A DNA stretch of 64,000 nucleotides from Candidatus Omnitrophota bacterium (GTDB taxonomy: Bacteria > Omnitrophota > Gorgyraeia > S143-82): the NCBI GenBank assembly GCA_015494465.1, contig WGBD01000001.1, positions 244,477 through 308,476 on the forward strand, read 5' to 3'. The position numbers and the translations under genes were made by a program. Under the pieces are notes generated by a model. The model was not told the origin of the DNA and ran no database searches. It worked only from the letters and a program-made list of their open reading frames with translations. Below, piece by piece: positions 27,581-36,528 of the stretch; within the stretch, counting starts at the first letter, position 1, and every line of letters starts with the position of its first letter.

Positions 27581-28386
27581 TTCTCCTTAACCGCAGGGAG
27601 GACCTTCTCAATCAGTTCTTCATAGGCGGATCGGACCACAGTTTGTCTATCCCACACGCTCTCACCTCGTTTCAAGGCATCTATTAGATCTGGAGAAAAG
27701 GGGATACTCGTCAAGAGATCCACCCCTAACTCTCTGGCCACATCGTCTGCGGTTCTATCCCCAAACAACCTTATCCTCTCAGAACAATTGGGACAGATTA
27801 ACTCGCCCATGTTCTCCACCAAACCCAATACCTTTATCCCCATTTTTCTAGCGAAAGAGACACTTCTACGGGTATCTGCCAGGGCCACCTCGTTGGCAGT
27901 GGTCACTATAATCGCCCCGCTGATCGCATCCGCCAAAAACTGCATAACCGTAAGGGGCTCATCACCCGTTCCTGGAGGAGAATCTATCACCAGAAAGTCC
28001 CTTTCACCCCACCTAACCCCTGAAAGAAACTGCCGAATGAGACCTATCTTAAGAGGCCCTCGCCAGATGACCGCCTCGTCCGGGGAAAGGTTCTCCGCCA
28101 AGGAGACCACCGCTATCCCATCCGGCCCCTGCCGAGGCAGCAACTTGCCTTCTCCGTCGGCAGAAAGACCTCGCGGTTCCAGGCCAAGCAAGACCAACAC
28201 ATCTGGACCGTGCACATCCGTATCCATAAGGCCCACCTTGTATCCCCTCTTGGCCAGGCCTCGGGCAAGGTTAACCGCTACGGTAGACTTCCCCACCCCT
28301 CCTTTTCCGCTTAACACCAACAAGACATGCCTTATACCTGAAAGGGCCTCTCGGACCTCCTGTCTAATCTTCCGTATCGTGTCCAA
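27577..28386 (-). CDS. mrp: Mrp/NBP35 (ApbC) Fe-S cluster carrier ATPase
   Basis: SGKGGVGKST, D.DVHGP, IWRGP, DSPPGTGD, ENM...CP.C. Confidence 0.93.
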   Translation of the reverse strand: MDTIRKIRQEVREALSGIRHVLLVLSGKGGVGKSTVAVNLARGLAKRGYKVGLMDTDVHGPDVLVLLGLEPRGLSADGEGKLLPRQGPDGIAVVSLAENLSPDEAVIWRGPLKIGLIRQFLSGVRWGERDFLVIDSPPGTGDEPLTVMQFLADAISGAIIVTTANEVALADTRRSVSFARKMGIKVLGLVENMGELICPNCSERIRLFGDRTADDVARELGVDLLTSIPFSPDLIDALKRGESVWDRQTVVRSAYEELIEKVLPAVKEK

Positions 28387-28419
28387 TTCGTCCCCCTTTA
28401 CCTTCCATCCCGTCGGGTG

Positions 28420-31400
28420 CTATTCCAAGATTATACCACCCGGTTGGTTCCAGTTGGCCCTGATCTGGCTTACCAACTGTTCCATCCTCTCCAGCACATC
28501 TTTACTGCCCAACTTCTCCAAAATACTGGTAACCTCGTCTCGATAGCTCCCTAAGCGGAGGTCCAGGTCCAACATACCCCCGAGGAGGTCCAGCTCTTGC
28601 TCGGAGAAGGCCTCCTCCGTCACCTTCGACGCCAGATCCCGGAGTTCCTCTCTCAGCTGGGTCAACTCCTCTTCGGAGATTGGCTCATCTACCTTGTGGA
28701 GTAGAAGGAGGTATCCCTTCTCAGGATGTCTTAATAGGCTCACCACCCGATATCCCTGGAGAACTGCGGAGTGCACTGCTTCCAAAAGCTCGTCTTTCTC
28801 CAACCATTGGGGATTTTCTATTTCATACACATTCCCCCTCCACATAAGTGACCTTGGCCCTTCTTGCCAAGTATACACTTCCCTCGAGAAGACCTCTGTA
28901 TATCGCTTCATCACTGCGGAATCCTTAACCGAATCAAACTCTTTAGTCACAACATCCAGCACATAGGGATCGAATGGACGGGGAAGGATCAGCCTCTCGC
29001 CGAAAAGGAAGGCAAAGACCTCTCCTTTCGAATCGGAGATTACGCGCAACTCTTCATCAGATCTCGGCTCGCCGGTGGATCCCTTCGCAAAGTCCTCCAT
29101 AATCGTCTTCCAATTCGCTGACACCTCACCTACGACTCGTTCTATGTCCTCCTCCTTATCTGCGAGATCAAACCAGATCCCCAATTCCTTGCTCTTCATA
29201 GAGATCGCTGGGTCGAAGATGTGCTCTCGAGCCAACTCCCCAATTGGACCAACCACATCCCGGAAGCGTATCCACTTCACGAAAAACCTCTTGATGCGCT
29301 CACTCCACTCGACATCGTCCTCAGAAACACCGCCCTTAGGGAGGAGGGACACGAGTCCGTGTATAGCAGAGAGTCGGTAGAGGAAGTAATCCCCGACATC
29401 CCTTAAGATTATCGAGTCCTTCTCTTTGTCTATGGCCCGCGGGGTTTGGGCCCCGCTCTTCCCCTCATATCGGGCTATGCGCATAATTAGAGGAAAGAGT
29501 TTGTCTCTCCACATCTTATCCGCCCTTTGTCTATCTCCCTCTCGCACCGCCTTAGAAAACTCTCCGCAAAGACGATAAAAGCCGGTTCTGCGGAACTTCT
29601 TTACAAACCCGCCCTTTTTAACTGCCTCCTCGTCGGAATACTCGTCCAAAAGCTCTCTTACCTCATCGAAAAGCTCATCTACATCCCCGGAGGTCTTCCT
29701 TAGCTTCCGCTTCACTATCCCTCCGAGGGGCGCATAAAGGATACCTAATAAGCGGGAGAGAGACCTGTCTACCTCATCGTTCAACTCCCTAGGCAGAAAG
29801 ACCCACACCGCATCCGAGATCGCAGTGGCCCTTACCGCCTTGTCTACCTGCAAAGCCAGCCGTCTATCCCTTATCCTTGACCGGATCATCCAAGTGGGCA
29901 GGCGTCGGTCCAACGGGACCAACAGGTCCTTGGCCAGGGTCAGGATACGATACTCTTCCCGAGTTGGGGAGTTGTAGAAGAGATAGCGCAGGAACATCCT
30001 CTTGCTAGGATGGGCTCGGGCTATGTCGTATTCGCCCCTCGCTATTCCCTTACTCCTGAGGGCCTTCATCATCAGGGCCTCGTCTTGTCTCAACAAGGCA
30101 ACCATGGCCAACAAGACCGGGTATTCTGGTCCCAACGGCCCCCCTAGGGCCCGGAATCTTACTACCGGGAAGACCTCCCGACGATTGTGAAACCTCTGGT
30201 TCGTCCTTTCCACGAACCTGTCTTCGAATCCCTCGGGGAGCCAATCGTTGGAATATACCGCAAACCTCACCCGAGGAGCACCAAACCTGTCCAATCCCAC
30301 TGGCCACTTATTCGTCCAGATAAGACCCTTCCTTTCCTCTAAGGCCTTGCCAAACTTGTCGTAGCCCTCCTTTATGGCAAAGGCGAAGATCTCCTGGAGC
30401 GGATAGTTGAGCCCCCTTTCCGCCATGTAGGCCTGAGCGGAGACCACCGGAAAGACCCAGAAGGGATTAGACATGTACCGAATAAATCGCTGAGTTAACT
30501 CCTTCATCCCGAACTGCCGGAACAGATAAACGCGCATCTCTTTATCAAAGAGCTTGCTCACATCTCCCTTGCGCCTGTATCTCCAGGCATTAACACACAC
30601 CCGATCTACGGTATCCAACACCTTTTTCACATCCCCTGGCAGGTAGTCTCGGTTGAGTCTGTAGACCATCTGGCGCAACAGGTTCATACCTAGCCTATAA
30701 TCCACCGACCCTGCATAACCTCCTAACTCGCGCAATTCCTCCTCGGGAAGCAGGGCCATTAAACGAATGAAGGCCTCGAACAACCTTCCTCTCAACCCCT
30801 CCACCTCTTCGGAATCGATCGCTTGACTCGCCAGGAGTTCCGCAAGCCGACTCACATCGGAGAGAAACTCTCGTTTCAACTGAATCGGATCAACGGTTTT
30901 CTCCGTCTTTACCACTTCTCCACCCAGAGCAGGTTCTTCCTCTTGAAGCATAACGACCTCATCTTGAGGTTGTTTGCCCTCCCGCTCTGCCAAGGGATTC
31001 ATCATCCGGGAGAGTTTCATCAATCCTCCCGTCCCCAAGGCACTGAGTCCTCCGTAAATCGCTAAACGCCTCAAAAAGGCCCTCCTGCTCATACCATCCT
31101 CTCCCAAACTCCACAACGACTTTGGATCCCACCTGGGATAGACTAAGGACAACTTCCCTTTTATCAAAGATAGCTTGAGCTCCCCCAAGACATCAGAGAT
31201 CCGATCCGGATCAAAGAGCCCCCCCAAGACCGACTCAAAAAAGCCAAGCACATCTAGATTTCGTGCGTCCAATATGTTCGTATCCTCTAATTTCTTAAGA
31301 GACCTTTGGAAGAGAGGACCAAAGGTCATACCTCCCTGAAAGACTTCTTTCTCCAACAACCTGTTCAACAGGTACTGCTCCAAGCTGTGGACCAAGATAG

Positions 31401-33771
31401 GCCTGTTTTCCCCCAGTATGGTAAGGGGAAAGAGCCTCCCCAACAGTCTGCTCCACTCCTGGAGGCCATCGCTCCCCAACACCCTCTCCACCACCGCCAA
31501 GCCCCCGACATCTGCCAGAAACTCACTAATCAAGGCGGAGAAGACATCCCGGGTGAGATCGCCTGGCTCTAGACTGGGGACCTTCTCTTCCAAGAGCCCG
31601 TACACCAGGTTGTGGGTTATCTCGTGGGCCAAGATAGAGCCCACCAAAAGGGAAACATTCGATCGGGCAAAGAGGACCATATTCAAAGGGTGGAAGGCAT
31701 AACTCGCATCGCCGAAGAACCCCCCTCCCCGGATCACCGTCCTTGCGAACAATATCTTTTCCAGCATCCACCTTTTAAGATCGTCCTTCTCCTCTTGTCC
31801 AGAGAGGGAGACCACCGTAGGGGTAAGTAAGGTCAAGACGGTCTTGATCTTCTGCTCCAGCAGGCGAGGATCCGCACAGGAAGAGAGCACCTCCTTCACA
31901 AAGTCCTTATCCTGGGCCCAGTGTAAGAACTCATCCCAAACTTCTCTGAGATAGCTGTTATCTCTAAAAGCGAGGTAAAGACCAGCCCTCATCCTCACCT
32001 CCCGGGGAAGGGTCTCGTCTGAGAAAAGACTCTCCAGTAACTTATTCGGTATGGACCTCTGTACGAGGAAGTCCAACAAGGCGGTAGCGTAAAACGGATC
32101 GTCCTGCCAGTAATAAATCCGATTAATGGCAGAGACCAGATTCCCAAGCTCGTTCCACAGGAGATACCGAACTTGCTTCCTCCCTGATTTACCCTCGGGA
32201 ACAGAGGTCCAAAGGTAGATCAAGGTCTTTAGGGAGATCTCCTGCAGATAGGGGAGAATACCTTCCAATCTATCCAGAAAGGCATCTGACTTTGCCATCG
32301 TCTCTAAGAGTATCGGATTCTGGGAGGAAAGACTTTCCAAAAAACTAGCTAGTCTATTCGGAGGACAACTAGAACCCAAGATCGAGGCTATATCGTTGAG
32401 GTAATCCTGGAGCCAGGGATGGTCTATAAACAGGTCTGCGTCCCCTAGGAACTCCACAAACGAGTTCCATTGCTCTTCGTCGAGATCAACTCTCCCGCTC
32501 TCTACGAGTCTTCCCAATTGATAAAAGCCCTTTGCCCTGTCGGACAAAGAATCGAACTCCAAGGGAGAACCGGTCAAACCTGCGATGAACAGGGCTATGT
32601 CCTCTCCCATACCCAAACGAGCGATCTTCCCGACATGTTCCTTCCCCAACCTGATCTCCAAAACCTCGTCTATCGATCGCTTGGTCAGGTACATCCTTAG
32701 GGCAAGGAGCGATAGATAGATATCCTCGTGCCGGTTATTCCTAAACACATCTATCGCGGAGTCCAACAGCTCCCGGGAGTGAACGGGGAATTGAGAGTAG
32801 AACAAGCGGAAAAAATCTACCGTGGGATTGTACCTTCTATTCCGCACTACAGTGGGGTTGCGGGAGATAAAAAACCAGTTCAAGATCAACGGTTCTAAGA
32901 GGTCCGGGCGCTGGGCTAGTTCCATAAGCCCCTGCGCAAACCAGACCTCATCCCGCCTCCATATCCGCTCAAGCATCTCCCGCACGTCCTCTATCCCCAT
33001 CTTGTCCATGCCCATCCCCAGATCCGAGAGCAGGACATACATCTTTTCCCCAGGAGTAAGGTCTGGATCTGACACTACGCGACCGTAAATCCGGGAAATC
33101 CTGCTGGCAAAGTCCTCGACCTCGACCGCGTGGTAGGCATCCGCCCCTATGTTTAACGGGGGAAGCTCTATGCCCCCGACTATTCCCTCCTCGGAGAACA
33201 GGTCCCGATGGTACAGGGAAAGGATCCAATCTGTCCCCTCAGGGTAGGCCCTGCCAGGGTATCCCCTTCTCAACAACCCGATCTTTCCGGCCCAGTCCCT
33301 ACCTCGATAGAACCAATAGACTGCCCTCCGCAAGGGGTAAAACTCTTGCGATTCGTTGACTATACTTGCCAACTCGGGAACGAATTCTTGGATTCCTTCC
33401 GCGCCCTCTGCCTTCACCTCAAAGCGCACCTCAGGGAATACCGCCTCCGGGACCAACCACAGCCTGAATACAGAATCCTCATCCGATCCGAAACCCGAGA
33501 CCAGTTCCTTGGCAATCTCTTTTAGGCGGTAATCGTAGTAAAGGAGGAAAGCGGTCATCTCAGGGAAGGCTATCTGCCCTGAGGAGAGCTCTTCCCTCTT
33601 CGCAAACGGCGAGAGATTAACCCAGGCCTCTCCGCTAAGAACTCCCGACCAGAAGGCAACCGAATCGTAGGGATAGAGCTCAACGACCTCAGGGCGGGCC
33701 TGGGGTAAAGGAAAAGTAAAAAACAAACAAATCGCTAAAAAGGTGTTAAGCCATCTCGTCTTTCTTCCCAT
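28420..33771 (-). CDS. Large secreted hypothetical protein (1783 aa) with a HEXXH motif and an internal twin-arginine-like motif
   Basis: Uninterrupted 5.35-kb ORF, N-terminal signal peptide, LAHEITH..SEFLAD, MSRRAFL at aa 894. Confidence 0.8.
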   Translation of the reverse strand: MGRKTRWLNTFLAICLFFTFPLPQARPEVVELYPYDSVAFWSGVLSGEAWVNLSPFAKREELSSGQIAFPEMTAFLLYYDYRLKEIAKELVSGFGSDEDSVFRLWLVPEAVFPEVRFEVKAEGAEGIQEFVPELASIVNESQEFYPLRRAVYWFYRGRDWAGKIGLLRRGYPGRAYPEGTDWILSLYHRDLFSEEGIVGGIELPPLNIGADAYHAVEVEDFASRISRIYGRVVSDPDLTPGEKMYVLLSDLGMGMDKMGIEDVREMLERIWRRDEVWFAQGLMELAQRPDLLEPLILNWFFISRNPTVVRNRRYNPTVDFFRLFYSQFPVHSRELLDSAIDVFRNNRHEDIYLSLLALRMYLTKRSIDEVLEIRLGKEHVGKIARLGMGEDIALFIAGLTGSPLEFDSLSDRAKGFYQLGRLVESGRVDLDEEQWNSFVEFLGDADLFIDHPWLQDYLNDIASILGSSCPPNRLASFLESLSSQNPILLETMAKSDAFLDRLEGILPYLQEISLKTLIYLWTSVPEGKSGRKQVRYLLWNELGNLVSAINRIYYWQDDPFYATALLDFLVQRSIPNKLLESLFSDETLPREVRMRAGLYLAFRDNSYLREVWDEFLHWAQDKDFVKEVLSSCADPRLLEQKIKTVLTLLTPTVVSLSGQEEKDDLKRWMLEKILFARTVIRGGGFFGDASYAFHPLNMVLFARSNVSLLVGSILAHEITHNLVYGLLEEKVPSLEPGDLTRDVFSALISEFLADVGGLAVVERVLGSDGLQEWSRLLGRLFPLTILGENRPILVHSLEQYLLNRLLEKEVFQGGMTFGPLFQRSLKKLEDTNILDARNLDVLGFFESVLGGLFDPDRISDVLGELKLSLIKGKLSLVYPRWDPKSLWSLGEDGMSRRAFLRRLAIYGGLSALGTGGLMKLSRMMNPLAEREGKQPQDEVVMLQEEEPALGGEVVKTEKTVDPIQLKREFLSDVSRLAELLASQAIDSEEVEGLRGRLFEAFIRLMALLPEEELRELGGYAGSVDYRLGMNLLRQMVYRLNRDYLPGDVKKVLDTVDRVCVNAWRYRRKGDVSKLFDKEMRVYLFRQFGMKELTQRFIRYMSNPFWVFPVVSAQAYMAERGLNYPLQEIFAFAIKEGYDKFGKALEERKGLIWTNKWPVGLDRFGAPRVRFAVYSNDWLPEGFEDRFVERTNQRFHNRREVFPVVRFRALGGPLGPEYPVLLAMVALLRQDEALMMKALRSKGIARGEYDIARAHPSKRMFLRYLFYNSPTREEYRILTLAKDLLVPLDRRLPTWMIRSRIRDRRLALQVDKAVRATAISDAVWVFLPRELNDEVDRSLSRLLGILYAPLGGIVKRKLRKTSGDVDELFDEVRELLDEYSDEEAVKKGGFVKKFRRTGFYRLCGEFSKAVREGDRQRADKMWRDKLFPLIMRIARYEGKSGAQTPRAIDKEKDSIILRDVGDYFLYRLSAIHGLVSLLPKGGVSEDDVEWSERIKRFFVKWIRFRDVVGPIGELAREHIFDPAISMKSKELGIWFDLADKEEDIERVVGEVSANWKTIMEDFAKGSTGEPRSDEELRVISDSKGEVFAFLFGERLILPRPFDPYVLDVVTKEFDSVKDSAVMKRYTEVFSREVYTWQEGPRSLMWRGNVYEIENPQWLEKDELLEAVHSAVLQGYRVVSLLRHPEKGYLLLLHKVDEPISEEELTQLREELRDLASKVTEEAFSEQELDLLGGMLDLDLRLGSYRDEVTSILEKLGSKDVLERMEQLVSQIRANWNQPGGIILE

Positions 33772-34301
33772 CGCCTCAACATCCTCTCAAAACTTTCGAA
33801 CGGCATCTTGGGTCGATCCCCTCGCTTGAACCAACCGACTTCTTTCGCGTCGTCGCCAGGTCTTACTTCTTCGGGGGCTAGCACCTCTATCGCGTAGCCG
33901 ATCACGACCACTGAACCATACCTGCGACTGGGTTGGTATTCGACTCCGATCAATCCGATCTCACCTGTGGAAGCAATCCCGGTCTCCTCCTTCAATTCCC
34001 GCAAACAGGCATCCAAAGGGGCCTCCCCTACCTCCATAAATCCGCCTGGCAGGGCCCAACTGCCTTCCTTGGGCTCAACTGCCCGCTTTATGAGTAAAAT
34101 CTTCTCCTCCTTGTAAGCCACGGCGCAGACCACCGGAGGCGGATTAATATAATGCACCCAACTACAGCCGGGACAGATCGGTCGCCACCGGCCTTCTACT
34201 TTAGACAAAGACAATCCCTCGCCACAGCGGGGACAGAACCTAAAGGCGTTCTCTTCCCCGCAGACAATACCACACCTAATATAATCTTCACGGGACAACA
34301 T
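33735..34301 (-). CDS. NUDIX hydrolase with N-terminal zinc ribbon (ADP-ribose pyrophosphatase-like)
   Basis: FCPRCG, CPGC..HY.NP, WALPGGFMEVGE....C.RELKEETG. Confidence 0.92.
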   Translation of the reverse strand: MLSREDYIRCGIVCGEENAFRFCPRCGEGLSLSKVEGRWRPICPGCSWVHYINPPPVVCAVAYKEEKILLIKRAVEPKEGSWALPGGFMEVGEAPLDACLRELKEETGIASTGEIGLIGVEYQPSRRYGSVVVIGYAIEVLAPEEVRPGDDAKEVGWFKRGDRPKMPFESFERMLRRWEERRDGLTPF

Positions 34302-34356
34302 AGTCTATCTCCCTTACCATAGGATAAGTATATATCAGACCATATCCAAAACCAAC

Positions 34357-36429
34357 TCAGGCCCGGGCGCTCTCCTGACGGGAATCGCGTAAGATCAAAA
34401 GCGACCCACCCAAGGTCTCAACGAGCCAGCGAACCCAAGCAGAAGAAAAAGCCTCCCCCGTGGGAGCACCAAAGATGTTAAGATCCGCACGGGGGGCATC
34501 CCCTAGGATAGACCGAAAGTCTCCCGAGAGCACGGTTACCGTGGTGTCTGCAGGCAGACGCATCACCTCTTTCAGTCGAGCAAGATAGCGATATCCTTTC
34601 TCTTCTTCTCCCTCTCGAACGACCTGCATTAGATTGAGCTTGACCTCAAGGGACCTGTGTAGGTGCAAGGCTATAAGGATCGCTAGGTCCCTATTCGGAG
34701 AGCCTTCCCTTATCCAGAGATTGACCGTCTTAATGTCCTTCGCACTCGAGCAATAGGCCCCCAAGAGGCCAAGATTCTTATCCTCTGAGAGGGACAAAAA
34801 CTCCGGCAAAGACCGAAGCAGGGCCTCTTCTTGGAAGTCCAAAAAGAGCAGGTTGGCGGGGAGGAACATCTGCTCGCAAACGTAGAGGGCCTGAGACACT
34901 GACGATATCGGATCCCCTGAGAAGCAGAGCTCGGTGGCAAAAAATCCCATCGCCTGCAACCTGGAAACGAAATCCCTCGCAGAAGGACAGTCCTCTTTTC
35001 GGTAGCAGACCGCAACCAATCTCCCATTAGGGAATAGGACTGCCTCCAGCAGATCCCCACACCGGGTCAACGACTGGGCCCTGGCAGGGAAGAGGACGTT
35101 CGGTTTCCAACCTTTGGGGTGGTAAGGCAACCCCCGCGCTATCCTCAAGCACTTCTCCGCCAAGAAGATCAATAGCCCCTTTCTCACATCTGGCCACGAT
35201 CCGGAAAAACCCCTCTTTAGTAGCTGGACATAAAGGAAGAGCAAGAGCACCACTGCCAGGAAGGCAAAGAAGGGATCTATCAGGAACATGGCCAGGGCAC
35301 AGGCAAAGACCCCCGCCCCCGGTACGATTGAAGGCATGCGGAATGTGGGCCTAAAACTCACCACCCCTATTGCCTGCTCTATCAGGACTGACAGGTTGAT
35401 CGCCCCGTAGGTCATGAGAAAGATCATCGTGAGCAGACCCGCCAGGTAGTTCAAGGAGAGGAATAGGGCCAATAAGGATATCCCTGCGGTAACGCCTATT
35501 GCGAACACCGGCTCGCCCGAACGAGAAGTACGAGCCAACCAGTGAGATCCGGGAACTATACGATGCTTGGACAGGGCCAAGAGCACACGAGGAGAGGACA
35601 CGAACATGCTGAGTGCGGAGGACAGGGTAGCCCCCATTATCCCCGCTATCACCAGCGCGGGCCACTTGGCGTACTTCACTGCTACCGAGGGGTCTGCTAC
35701 CAACTCGCCAGCAGGGGCCACTCCAGCGAACCAAACCGCGGTCAGGCAATAAATGAGAAAGCTCAGCACGATGGCGGAGATCGTGCCCAACGGGATGGCC
35801 TTCTCCGGATCCTTTAGCTCCCCTGACATGTTCACTCCCGCCAGGATCCCTGTCACCGCAGGGAAAAACACCGCAAAGGCCTTCCAGAAGTCCACCATAT
35901 TCACCGGGACCAGCCTCAAGGCGGGCCCAAGACCGGGAAAGTTCAGGTACATGGACAAGAGGGCCAAGGCTATAGTGACAAGTATCAGGTATTGCAGACG
36001 AAAGGCCAGCCGGGCACTCCTTTGGGAGACCATAAACAAACAGATCCATACCACCAAAGAGACCAACAACTGGGAATGGGTAGGGAAGAGCCTGCTCACC
36101 CAGAGCTCCGAAAAACCTCGGATGTAAAAGGCAACCGAGATGGCCTGGGAGAGGTAAAGGGAGACACCTATGGTGCCTCCTGCCTCCATCCCCAGAGAGC
36201 GGGATATCATGGAATATGCCCCACCCGCGCCTATCCTGCGATTGCTTACTATGGACCACAGAGAAAGGGCGGTGATAAATGTGATGGTGTTACTGATCAG
36301 GATGATTCCAAGGGCCCGGAAGATCCCCACCTGACCTACCACCCAACCCAGGCGTAGAAATAATATCACCCCCAGGATACTCAGGAGCGTTGGAACGAAG
36401 ACACCTTCGAAGGCCCCGAATCGTCGCAT
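34357..36429 (-). CDS. Cation-chloride cotransporter-like (SLC12/APC) permease
   Basis: FG.FEGVFVPTLLSILGVILFLRLGWVVG, GGAYSMISRSLG.E.GG.IG, FFPAVTGILAG.NMSG.L, FRP.F, K.WKP. Confidence 0.88.
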   Translation of the reverse strand: MRRFGAFEGVFVPTLLSILGVILFLRLGWVVGQVGIFRALGIILISNTITFITALSLWSIVSNRRIGAGGAYSMISRSLGMEAGGTIGVSLYLSQAISVAFYIRGFSELWVSRLFPTHSQLLVSLVVWICLFMVSQRSARLAFRLQYLILVTIALALLSMYLNFPGLGPALRLVPVNMVDFWKAFAVFFPAVTGILAGVNMSGELKDPEKAIPLGTISAIVLSFLIYCLTAVWFAGVAPAGELVADPSVAVKYAKWPALVIAGIMGATLSSALSMFVSSPRVLLALSKHRIVPGSHWLARTSRSGEPVFAIGVTAGISLLALFLSLNYLAGLLTMIFLMTYGAINLSVLIEQAIGVVSFRPTFRMPSIVPGAGVFACALAMFLIDPFFAFLAVVLLLFLYVQLLKRGFSGSWPDVRKGLLIFLAEKCLRIARGLPYHPKGWKPNVLFPARAQSLTRCGDLLEAVLFPNGRLVAVCYRKEDCPSARDFVSRLQAMGFFATELCFSGDPISSVSQALYVCEQMFLPANLLFLDFQEEALLRSLPEFLSLSEDKNLGLLGAYCSSAKDIKTVNLWIREGSPNRDLAILIALHLHRSLEVKLNLMQVVREGEEEKGYRYLARLKEVMRLPADTTVTVLSGDFRSILGDAPRADLNIFGAPTGEAFSSAWVRWLVETLGGSLLILRDSRQESARA

Positions 36430-36463
36430 ACTGCCTACCCTTAAGTGATCAAAACCCAAGTCC

Positions 36464-36488
36464 ATTATACCAGTATTTTTGCTATAAT
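36464..36488. promoter_or_regulatory. Back-to-back divergent extended -10 promoters
   Basis: Minus strand TG-G-TATAAT (36464-36472) and plus strand TG-C-TATAAT (36480-36488). Confidence 0.65.
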
Positions 36489-36528
36489 TACTTTGCGGAT
36501 CCAATCTAAACCAAACAGGAGGTAGATC

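Noticed and set aside
35351-36259. 302-aa alternative-frame ORF within the SLC12 gene
   Set aside because: G/P/R-rich off-frame product of GC-biased codons; the main frame is intact.
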